Assembly: GCA_048128005.1 (NCBI GenBank)
Contig: JBEUKZ010000098.1
Coordinates: 124,001 to 188,000 of the forward strand
Length of the DNA stretch: 64,000 nucleotides
Direction: 5' to 3'
From: Veleropilina oligotropha
Lineage: Eukaryota
Positions 28,701 to 40,700 of this stretch are shown here, one piece after another. The position numbers and the translations under genes were made by a program. The notes under the pieces are model-generated. The model saw nothing but the letters and a program-made list of their open reading frames with translations, was not told where the DNA came from and did not search any database. Numbering within the stretch: position 1 is the stretch's first letter; each line of letters opens with the position of its first letter.

Positions 28701-31700
28701 AATGCAGTATAATTTATATATCATTAATCAATAAAGTGTTTAATTGAATCCATCGATTTGTATATTACCTTAGATATCGACATATTTATGTGCCTAAGTA
28801 GATTTATTATGTAGATAATTACATAAATATCTAGATAATAAGACCACATAAATAAGTGGATATGTGGATGGCAGAAATATGCCACCATAATGATGACAGA
28901 CAATTGTCACTTAAAAAATTCGTTTAACTTTTCATCTTCCAAAAATAAATCGGCCAAATCCAAGATGAGGCAGCCGCCTCATCTGCCTCATGCTGGCTAC
29001 AGCCATGAGTGTAGAAAGTTTCATGAAATCAAAGCATTCCTTCAAATGCTATCGCACAGAAACCACTTCGTGTGACAAAAATCCAAGATGGCCACTGGCA
29101 GCCATCTTGAACATTGGAACTGGTTGAAAAACGAACTTAGGCGGTGAATTGATGCCACAAATAAGTGTAGAAAGTTTCATGAAATCAAAGCATTCCTTCA
29201 AATGCTATCGCACGGAAACCACTTTGGGTGACAAAAATCCAAGATGGCCACTGGCGGCCATCTTGATGAACATCGGAACGGGTTAAAAATCGAACTTAGG
29301 CAGTGAATTGATGCCACAAGTAATTGTAGAAAGTTTCATGGAAATCAAAGCATTCCTTCAAAAGCTATCGCACGGAAACCATGCACTTCGGGTGACAAAA
29401 ATTCAAGATAGCCACTGCGGCCATCTTGAACATCGGAACTGGTTGAAAATCGAACTTAGGCGGTTGGTTAATTGATGCCACAAGTAAGTGTAGAAAGTTT
29501 CATGAAAATCAAAGCAATCCTTCAAAGGTTATCGCACGGAAACCACTCCGGGTGCCAAAATCCAAGATGGCCACTGATGGCCATCTTGAACATCGGAACT
29601 GGTTGAAAATCGAACTTAGGCGGTTGGTTAATTGATGCCACAAGTAAGTGTAGAAAGTTTCATGAAAATCAAAGCATTCCTTCAAAAGTTATCGCACGGA
29701 AACCATTGTCCGGACGCCGCCGCTGTAGTTATCCCTATATGTTACCTTTTTCAAGGCGACACAAAAAGCACCCTGAGCCATAGAGACGATACAATGTGGG
29801 GAAAGAAAATGATCAACTCATTATACTGACCTTGGCTTGAAAATACAGGTAACTCTCGGTGTCCGTTGTGATGACCTGGCCCATGTTGTCTTTACCAAAG
29901 GCACTGTGGTCCACTCGCTCAACGGCACAGATGGATGAGGTGGGGACTGTCACAACACTCTATATTCAAGCAGAAATGAACAATAAACACATTTAAACTA
30001 AAAATGTCATTGAGCCCACAACTAGATTGGGTGTATCCCACCCACAGCGGTCATCGTAAATGCGAAAAATATCCAATCGTTCAGGGCGTGATCATATCGT
30101 AACTAATGTGCAAAAAATTTGAATCAAATTGGATTCTAACTGTTGATTATAGAGCGTACACAAGAAATCTCTGCACACATTGCGGTGATAAGTCTAGTGT
30201 CACCGATAATTGTCAGGGAACACAATAAAAAGGTGATACTGATGGTAATAGCATTTCAAAGCTAGAATCCAGAGGATAAATTCTTAATATTTAAGAGAAC
30301 AGCTACCGAAAAGCCCCTAAATACACAATTATATATTATTAACGCTGAAGGCACATTCACTACCATGTATATCATGAAAGCTACATCACGATTCTCCTGA
30401 GAATGAATCACTACTCACCTTATCCTCGTGACTAGCGGAGTGTTGCAACGCGTCATGGGTCAGTAGAAAATAGCGTTGTTTAAATGAAAATGAATGCATC
30501 AACCTTCGATTGGGATTCCGTGACTTTTGCAGATACCCCTGCTTTAATATCACGGATCGCGAAAATGGCACTCGAACATCTTTCTCCTCTTTATCTGGAA
30601 GAAAACATCATTACTTCACCATTATCTTGAAGTTAAGTATTATTGGCTAAACGATGACGGTGAAATATACAACGCATGCCACATCACTCTAAATGGGTCA
30701 GATTTCAATTCATTAGGATAACACAACAAAAATGAAACAGACATTAGGTTGCAAAGGGAGGTGCCCATACAATGGTGAATCTGACTTTAATAGTATTATC
30801 AATACTTAATTTTAAGATATATGATATGCTTACAACAAAATAGAATTTCTCAATTACTCTTACGAAATGTAATTATTTGTGCAAGTTGATAAATAAAACA
30901 TAACATAATAGTAAATACATCAGATTCTGCAAAGGCAATGAGCAACATATTACAGAAACATAAAATAATCCATAACTCAAATCGGATCTGTAAAAGTATA
31001 AATCTTTAATATTCTCCTAAGAAAACAGTGAAAGTCATTTTCAGACTCGAATTAATTCACATATATGTGATCATTGCATCAATCTATAGTTGTTTGGTGA
31101 AGAAAAACTCTCAGAACTCTATTTTTAAATCCTGTTACAGCCTACCTGCTAATAAAAGGCAAATGATCTTGAGCTCCACCAAGACTTGAGCAAGTGTTGT
31201 CAGGTATTCTCGATTGTAAAAATTCTGCACGTAATGTCCCCACACTTCACCTTCTCGTGTACTTACAGCCAGCCTCATCCATGTCCACTAGTCGATCGAT
31301 GAACCCCTTTACCTCCGGAATGCTGCGAGTAATGTCCACACACTACACCTGATAGTGTTCTTATAGCCACCCCTTCACCTCCGGGATGCTACCTGTAATG
31401 TCCCCCCACGTCACCTGCTCTGTGCTTACATTCACCCCTTCACCTCAGGGATGCTGCCAGTAATGTCCCCACGCTTCACCTGCTCTTGTACTTACAGCCA
31501 CCCTCATCCACGTCCACCAGTCGGTCGATGACCCCCTTCACCTCCGGGATGCTGCCCGTAATGTCCCCACACTTCACCTACTAGTGTACTTACAGCCAGC
31601 CTCATCCACGTCCACCAGTCGGTCGATGACCCCCTTCACCTCCGGGATGCTGCCCGTAATGTCCCCACACTTCACCTACTAGTGTACTTACAGCCAGCCT

Positions 31701-34700
31701 CATCCACGTCCACCAGTCGGTTGATGAAGCTCTTCACCTCCAGGATCCTGCCCGTAATGTCCCCACACTTCACCCACTAGTGTACTTACAGCCAGCCTCA
31801 TCCACGTCCACCAGTCGGTCGATGACCCCCTTCACCTCCGGGATGCTGCCCGTAATGTCCCCACACTTCACCCACTAGTGTACTTACAACCAGCCTCATC
31901 CACGTCCACCAGTTGGTCGATGACCCCCTTCACCTCCGGGATGCTGCCCGTAATGTCCCCACACTTCACCTACTAGTGTACTTACAGCCAGCCTCATCCA
32001 CGTCCCCCTTCACCTCCGGGATGCTGCCCGTAATGTCCTCACACTTCACCTACTAGTGTACTTACAGCCAGCCTCATCCACGTCCACCATTCGGTCGATG
32101 ACCCCCTTCACCTCCGGGATGCTGCCCGTAATGTCCCCACACTTCACCTACTAGTGTACTTACAACCAGCCTCATCCACGTCCACCAGTCGGTCGATGAC
32201 CCCCTTCACCTCCGGGATGCTGCCCGTAATGTCCCCACACTTCACCCACTAGTGTACTTACAACCAGCCTCATCCACGTCCACCAGTTGGTCGATGACCC
32301 CCTTCACCTCCGGGATGCTGCCCGTAATGTCCCCACACTTCACCTACTAGTGAACTTACAACCAGCCTCCCACCAGTCGGTCGATGACCCCCTTCACCTC
32401 TGGGATGCTGCCCGTAATGTCCTCACACTTCACCTACTAGTGTACCTACAGCCAGCCTCATCCACGTCCACCATTCGGTCGATGACCCCCTTCACCTCCA
32501 GGATGCTGCCCATAATGTCCCCACACTTCACCCACTAGTGTACTTACAGCCAGCCTCATCCACGTCCACCAGTTGGTCGATGACCCCCTTCACCTCCGGG
32601 ATGCTGCCCGTAATGTCCCCACATTTCACCCACTCGTGTACTTACAATCAGCCTCATCCACGTCCACCAATTGGTCGATGACCCCCTACACCTCCGGGAT
32701 GCTGCCCGTAATGTCCCCACACTTCACCCACTAGTGTACTTACAACCAGCCTCATCCACGTCCACCAGTTGGTCGATGACCCCCTTCACCTCCGGGATGC
32801 TGCCCGTAATGTCCCCACACTTCACCTACTCGTGTACTTACAGCCAGCCTCATCCACGTCCACCAGTCGGTCGATGACCCCCTTCACCTCCGGGATGCTG
32901 CCCGTAATGTCCCCACACTTCACCCACTAGTGTACTTACAACCAGCCTCATCCACGTCCACCAGTTGGTCGATGACCCCCTTCACCTCCGGGATGCTGCC
33001 CGTAATGTCCCCACACTTCACCTACTCGTGTACTTACAGCCAGCCTCATCCACGTCCACCAGTCGGTCGATGACCCCCATCACCTCCGGGATGCTGTCCG
33101 TAATGTCCCCACACTTCACCTACTAGTGTACTTACAGCCAGCCTCTTCCACGTCCACCAGTCGGTCGATGACCCCTTTCACCTCCGGGATGCTGCCCGTA
33201 ATGTCCCCACACTACACCTGCTCGTGTACTTACAGCCAGCCTCATCCACGTCCATCAGTCGGTCGATGAACGCCTTCACCTCCGGGATGCTGCCCGTAAT
33301 GTCCCCACACTTCACCTACTAGTGTACTTACAACCAGCCTCATCCACGTCCACCAGTCGGTCGATGAAGCTCTTCACCTCCGGGTTGCTGCCCGTAATGT
33401 CCCCACACTTCACCTACTAGTGTACTTACAGCCAGCCTCATCCACGTCCACCAGTCGGTCGATGAAGCTCTTCACCTCCGGGATGCTGCCCGTAATGTCC
33501 CCACACTTCACCCACTAGTGTACTTACAACCAGCCTCATCCACGTCCACCAGTCGGTCGATGACCCCCTTCACCTCCAGGATGCTGCCCGTAATGTCCCC
33601 ACACTTCACCTACTAGTGTACTTACAACCAGCCTCATCCACGTCCACCAGTCGGTCGATGACCCCCTTCACCTCCGGGATGCTGCCAGTAATGTCCCCAC
33701 ACTTCACCCACTAGTGTACTTACAGCCAGACTCATCCACGTCCACCAGTCGGTCGATGAACCCCTTCACCTCCGGGATGCTGCCCGTAATGTCCCCACAC
33801 TACACCTGCTAGTGTACTTACACCCAGCCTCATCCACGTCCACCAATCGGTCGATGACCCACTTCACCTCAGGGATGCTGCCCGTAATGTCCCCACACTA
33901 CACCTGCTAGTGTACTTACACCCAGCCTCATCCACGTCCACCAATCGGTCGATGACCCACTTCACCTCCGGGATGCTGCCCGTAATGTCCCCACACTTCA
34001 CCTGCTAGTGTACTTACAGCCAGCCTCATCCACGTCCACCAGTCGGTCGATGACCCACTTCACCTCCGGGATGCTGCCCGTAATGTCCCCACACTTCACC
34101 TGCTAGTGTACTTACAGCCAGCCTCATCCACGTCCACCAGTCGGTCGATGAATGCCTTCACCTCTGGGATGCTGCCCGTAATGAGAGACTGGAGCGACTC
34201 CAGCCACGGCTCCTTGAGAATCTGGGTCGTCATGTTGCTGATATTAATCATGATCTGAAGGATAAAGCTTTGTTTTCATGGACAAAATCATTGACATTTG
34301 ATTGGTCTACACGACATCACGTCACGCAAATAAACATGTTACACTCGACATCAATCTGTTACAAAATGTCATGCATGCGCTCTCTTTCCCCGTGAATAGA
34401 GATAATAAACTATTTTGAGGTAAGCTGTATTTTCTAGTAGGGTGCTCTGTATACATGCCTATATGTCAACGTCACCTATATGGAAGGGACGCACCGGTAG
34501 CCGGGTGGATACGAGCGCACTATGAATTAACTTGCCTGACTGCTCTGTCTAACAGGAGTGGGTGCGAATCAAGGCTGTGTAATTTATTCAGGTACTGGCC
34601 ATAGTTGTTCATGGATTTCTCGGTCGGTCAGGCTTTTCTCCCGCGATAATATGCATGTTCTGGTATAAACCTGAAGGTGCACGGTTAAAATGGGACCTAT

Positions 34701-37700
34701 ATATATAAGGGAGTGTTTTTCACCCACCTTCGCCAGCAGCATGAGGGTGCGGCTGACTTTCCTCTCTGGGTGGTGCTCTTCGATTGCAAACAGTTTAGGG
34801 GACAGCACCGCTGGGCCGAAAAACCTCAGAAACAGAAAGCAGGTCACCACCTGGTAGCTCTGATGCTGGAACATAAAGAAAACTCTTTATTAGTACAGTA
34901 TTGATTGTAAATGATGATGAATTGATGTTTAACATCCATGCCAACAGTATTTCAGTTATAAATCGGGTCGATCAACTTAGAATGATGAGATGAATTGGTG
35001 CTGTGTGCAATGGGGGCAGCGATCAATGGAAAAATCCACGGCAATCTCGGGGCTTGAACCCGTGACCTCCCGTTTAGTAGACCAGCACCGTATCCACTCG
35101 GCCACGCTGCCCCCCATATGGATATGAAGTATCGATCAAAACCAAACAAAAATATGAGTTTATCACTCATGAAAACAGTCTGGACCACAACATTAAATTT
35201 ATTATCTAGATCACTGTCTATCATGAAACAATAATATAAATGAAGGCAATTAATGACTTATTTTAATGCGATAATATGACATACCATGAATAAAAGGTAC
35301 AACATGAATGAATAATGCATTTAATTTAGCGTTATGAATTATTTTAAAATTAAAAGGAAAATTTAATTTACAACAAATAACTTGTCATTCCTATGATGAT
35401 CCAGGGTTCACCACACCAGGCGAAGTGGGCGACTTCTTCGCCCTAGCTTGTCCGACTTCGCCTAACTGTTTTCCAAAGCGAAGTTGAAATCGCCCTGGTA
35501 AAATCTCATGTCGCTTTTGTGAAATGGACAAATCAAATATTGTTAATCAGAATAGCAAGAAATCTTACTGGGATTGGTGTTAATTAAGACAACATTGTTT
35601 CTTAATTGGCTATTTATCTTCAAACAAAGACTATCCGACCATGCTATGCGGTGTTGATCGCCAAATGATGAAACTTGAACCGAATGAGAGAATTTTTTGC
35701 ACATGCATAAACTGACTACATGATTAGTTAATTATATACTACACTGACATTGATTTCATGTACTGTCGTTCATTATTGTACACAAAACATATAAAAAGAT
35801 CATTATTTAATCCTGAAACGATTTATCTGCAATTCTTGCTTGTGTTTATTTGCCATTTGAGATTGTAATGCAACATCAACAAAGCGTGATGCGTACCTTA
35901 CGTCAGACTACGCATGTGCGAAAAATTCTCACAACCAGTTCAAGTTTCATGTACGAGCGTGTTGATCTAGGAAGTAGCTGAGCCGCGAATAATTAGGTCA
36001 TCTATAAAATCCAATTGCTCCATGAATAGATTCATTGTCAATGATGGCAATTAATTCAAAGACATACCTTTACCAAGGCTTAAAGATGAACTGGTTATTT
36101 ACATTTTATTATTTAGAACATTCAGAGAATGCTGGCGAAGTCTGCTTACGGTACCAAAACTTTCTAGACATGACACCATTACACATCCAAGACGAGGACA
36201 CATTTTCGAACGCACATGATTTTGAATCCGGTGAGCATCTAGAAAATAAATCTTTGCAAAATGATTTACCATGTTTCGCTCCCGCGGCCATGGTTATTAC
36301 TCTATTGCGCTCCCCGTGTCATTGTTCTTACCCTGTTGCGCTCCCCGGGCCACTTCTCCCTGACCCGACGTTGCAGCGTCTTGAAGACGAGCCTCATGAT
36401 GGTCGGGCACTGCTCCGTGGAGCTGAAGACCTGATCCAGGATCTCTCTCATGTACGACGCCAGGGAGTCCTTGCTGGCCTTGATCACGTGGTCGGTGGAC
36501 TCCTTGGCCAGCCCCTTGTACCTCCTGAGATACATGAAGAATGAACATGCAAAGCTCAACTAAGGGATATTCCAGTAAAATATCTACCAAACTCAAAAGG
36601 AGGTCACCAACAGAAGTTATTTATGTAAACAGTGATAAATAATATAATTATTGCAATATTTTGTGACCACCCATAGAATCGATATACACCTGGAGTCAGG
36701 GGGTGGGTGAGATATTTTACAGGAATAGCCCTAATGAAATGGCATTAAAATTTAAGATTCAAATTCAATACACAAGCATTCTACTGTTACTATTTAGCAT
36801 TGATTGATTGATTGATTATCTTAATCTGGAGGGCAGCCCTGTGGCTCAGCAGGACTTTAAAGAGTGGATCTGAATCCTTTGCTCGGAGACATCGTGGAGT
36901 TAACAGTCACGGTCCTTCATAGCATGCCGGTGTGGGTTGATGATCCATAGCACACCGGTGTGGGTTGATGATCCATAGCACACCGATGTGGGTTGATGAT
37001 CCATAGCACACCGGTGTGGGTTGATGATCCATAGCACACCGGTGTGGTTGATGATCCATAGCACACCGGTGTGGGTTGATGATCCATAGCACACCGGTGT
37101 GGGTTGATGATCCATAGCACACCGGTGTGGGTTGATGATCCATAGCACACCGGTGTGGGTTGATGATCCATAGCACACCGATGTGGGTTGATGATCCATA
37201 GCACTCCGGTGTGGGTTGATGATCCATAGCACACCGGTGTGGGTTGATGATCCATAGCACACCGGTGTGGGTTGATGATCCATAGCACCCCGGTGTGGGT
37301 TGATGATCCATAGCACACCGATGTGGGTTGATGATCCATAGCACGCCGGTGTGGATTGATGATCCATAGCACACCGGTGTGGGTTGATGATCCATAGCAC
37401 ACCGGTGTGGGTTGATGATCCATAGCACACCGGTGTGGGTTGATGATCCATAGCACACCGATGTGGGTTGATGATCCATAGCACACCGGTGTGGGTTGAT
37501 GATCCATAGCACGCCGGTGTGGGTTGACGATCCATAGCACACCGGTGTGGGTTGATGATCCATAGCACCCCGGTGTGGGTTGATGATCCATAGCACACCG
37601 GTGTGGGTTGCTGATCCATAGCACACCGGTGTGGGCTGATGATCCATAGCACGCCGGTGTGGGTTGATGATCCATAGCACACCGGTGTGGGTTCATGATC

Positions 37701-40700
37701 CATAGCACACCGGTGTGGGTTGCTGATCCATAGCACACCGGTGTGGGTTGCTGATCCATAGCACACCGGTGTGGGTTGATGATCCATAGCACACCGGTGT
37801 GGGTTGATGATCCATAGCACACCGGTGTGGGTTGATGATCCATAGCACACCGGTGTGGGTTGATGATCCATAGCACACCGGTGTGGGTTGATGATCCATA
37901 GCACACCGGTGTGGGTTGATGATCCATAGCACACCGGTGTGGGTTGATGATCCATAGCACACCATCTTTCCTGTCTCCACAATACTGACAAGTCCTGGGA
38001 TGATCCTGATGGATGTTAAACGGGATACTAAGAACCGATCAAAATCAGGCATGGATCCAGGAATTTCGCTTAGGGGGGCCCCACGCGAAAGAAAATTTTG
38101 AGAATCAACAGCCTGAAACCCCCTCTCCTGCACTCTGACAGGGCAAAAAAGATATTTTATTATAACTTTTTATGAACAACCGTCACTCAAATAGCACGAG
38201 TCAAATTTTTATTTTATTTTGTCATAATCGAATTGTCTGCGTAGGGTCGGCGTCCCACGCGCAAGAAAATTTGGACAATTAACGATGTGAAATCCCCCCT
38301 CCTACATTATTACATTGCAACAGCCTATTTATAATGTTCTGAAAGTCATTTGTATCAGATTACAAATATTATTTTAGTATGCTTGGTCAACTTTAGGGGG
38401 GCGCGCGCCGGGTGCGCCCCCCCTGGATCCGCGCCTGAAAATGAAACTTCAAGAATTCTGTCAATTTATACATGTATATCGACATATATGCGTATTATTT
38501 ATTTCAGTGAGTATCATACTAGAGAATCAAGGAAGAGGAGATCTCCAAAGCGCTGGGTTTCAAATGCACCAAGGTCAACTGATGCAACCAATGTGACACT
38601 AAATACATCTACATACCTTTTGATACTTCCCACTCGAGAAGGATCAAGTTCTACTGCTTTCTTATCACAATAGATCTTGTTTATCGCCGGCCCCAATGTC
38701 ATGTGTAAGTAAGGTATACCAACAATCTGAAAGAAAACACTATGAACTTAGATATAGATCAAATCAGACATCCTTTCCTGCTTTAAAAATGCTATTAATA
38801 GGGGTTGGTTTGGAAATGAACATTATTTTGGTTTTTATCGCAATCGGGATCCCTGGTTTTACGTCTCTCTCCGATCAAACAGGCTTCGCAGATCAGCGTC
38901 GTATCAAATCAACTCAATAATGCCACTCCATGTAATGCCATGACATACCATCAAATGCACAGGTCAATGAATAATGTTCATAAATATTTATACTAGGTTT
39001 GTCTTCACGATCAGACAACATTTTCCGCCTCATTCCCTGGTAGATAAGAGTGCGACTTCCAAATAACTCTCCTGACCGCTCTGATTCATATTAGTGTTCA
39101 AATCATGATAGTATTTGTATTTTAATTGTAATAATTTTAAAGTTAGTGGGAAATGTATCAAATCCCGACGCAGAAGACGCAAAATCACACAAATCCGACG
39201 ATATCCGACAAAATTGTCTGAATCCGATTTTTGTCGGAAAACCCGACGAGTTACAAACACTGCTTCACTGTAAATCACTAGGCATCAACCCGTCACAATT
39301 TGGAATAACCAGTCAATATACTTGGAGTAGACTCTCCTGATTCTTGGTGAGACGGGACTGCCACTATTAAAAGCGAGAGCAGGTGGTGAGACCATTCCAG
39401 AATTGGAAATTAACCGACCAGAGCACACATCGAGATATCAACATTATATATTACTAGCAATGGTACCCGTCTTCGCCGGGTAAGTCCCCCCACCCCATTT
39501 TTTTTTTTTTTTTTTTTTGGATAGTGCTCCCTTAAATATTTTTTTTTTTTCCCGAATTTTCCGAATTTTTTTCGTGGTAAACCTTCCTTGGGGGACCCCG
39601 ATTAACCCCCCAAAGTTTGAAGGTCCTAGGTCAAAGCGTCTGGGAGGAGTACAACTTGAAACAGACACACACACAATTTAGCTCCATTATTATATTAAGA
39701 TTATATGAAGATATATAGCAATTTTTTTTTTGTTTGCCGAATTTTCCGAATTTTTTTCGTGGTAAACCTTCCTTGGGGGACCCCGATTAACCCCCCCAAG
39801 TTTGAAGGTCCTAGGTCAAAGCGTCTGGGAGGAGTACAACTTGAAACAGACACACACACAATTATTATTATATTAAGATTAAGATTACCTAATGCTCTAT
39901 ATACAAAGTTATTCGTTATTTCTAACTCTTTCCCTAGTCGTAGCGTAGGGGTGTAATAGTTTTGACTGTTACACAGTAGATGAACTGTTACATGCCCGAT
40001 GCGAATGCGCAGAGAATTAACCATGCCTTTATGGGCGTGGTTAAGACAATGCCGTAAAATGATGGTGTTAGGACTGTGACGTAATCTGAGGTTCCCAAGA
40101 CAACATCATAATTTTTCAATTGCATATAACAAAATGGAGAGTGCATTCTGCAGCTTATATATGTGCTATACGCAGTAGGCCTATAGCTCGCAGTTCATTG
40201 CAGTCGAAACATACCAAAGAACAAGACGGCCAAACATTACGTACAGTATATGTTCAATACTTCAACTTCTCCACATTCATGCACAAATTCAAACTCTGTA
40301 CTTCATATTTTAAAATGTTTTATTTTGTTGATTACTAAATGAAGATAACTTATATTTTATATTATCATTGATTAGGTAATAAAACATTTATTCCATGGGG
40401 TTTTGAGAGCAGTCAAAAAAGTTGTCCCTCAGTAGTGGGAAGGACCGAGAGAACTGCTGCCGGCGGCCTCTGGCATCAGTTCTCTCGATCCTCCCCACTA
40501 CCTCGTGACAACAAATTTATCTGTTCCCAAAACCCCATGGAATAATTGTATATTATTGGTTGGTAAATGGTTATCACCGACGGCTTACAAAATCCAGCCT
40601 GCAAGTGAATGTTCCATAATCTCACCTTCATAAACTGGTCCAGTGACTTCGTAGCTAATGAATTGCCTCTAAACAGTGTGTTGGGATCAACTGAAAGAAC

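Larger units (their letters stand above)
26590..29767 (-). mobile_element. HINE-like element with ~157-bp repeats, interrupted at 26703-29007
   Basis: Monomer caagatggccactggcggccatcttg... is broken at 26702 and resumes at 29008; GCC microsatellite and hairpin at 29710-29765. Confidence 0.75.

Noticed and set aside
31500..34115. 98-bp units as functional duplicated cassette exons (TAG/CAG then exon copy then GT)
   Set aside because: The implied exons would be 82 or 85 nt (frameshifting), with no polypyrimidine tract and only 13-16 nt between donor and AG.
35040..35115. Possible tRNA gene (also heads at 26212, about 26505-26582 and 56829)
   Set aside because: A/B boxes are present, but I could not build a convincing cloverleaf, and the S1 heads continue into repeated SINE bodies; tRNAscan-SE would settle it.
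35402..35520. TIR-like start cagggttcaccac with ggcga/tcgcc subterminal repeats
   Set aside because: No matching opposite terminus or TSD was found, so boundaries cannot be supported.
36035..36544. 169-aa plus-strand ORF
   Set aside because: Largely the antisense shadow of the GC3-rich RasGAP exon; no recognisable protein features.
31210..37963. CRISPR-like appearance of the regular arrays
   Set aside because: The units are contiguous with no unique spacers, there are no cas genes, and the context is a eukaryotic intron.
36900..37991. 257-363 aa ORFs in three minus-strand frames
   Set aside because: They are translations of a stop-free 28-bp minisatellite inside an intron; all frames give the same 28-aa cycle.
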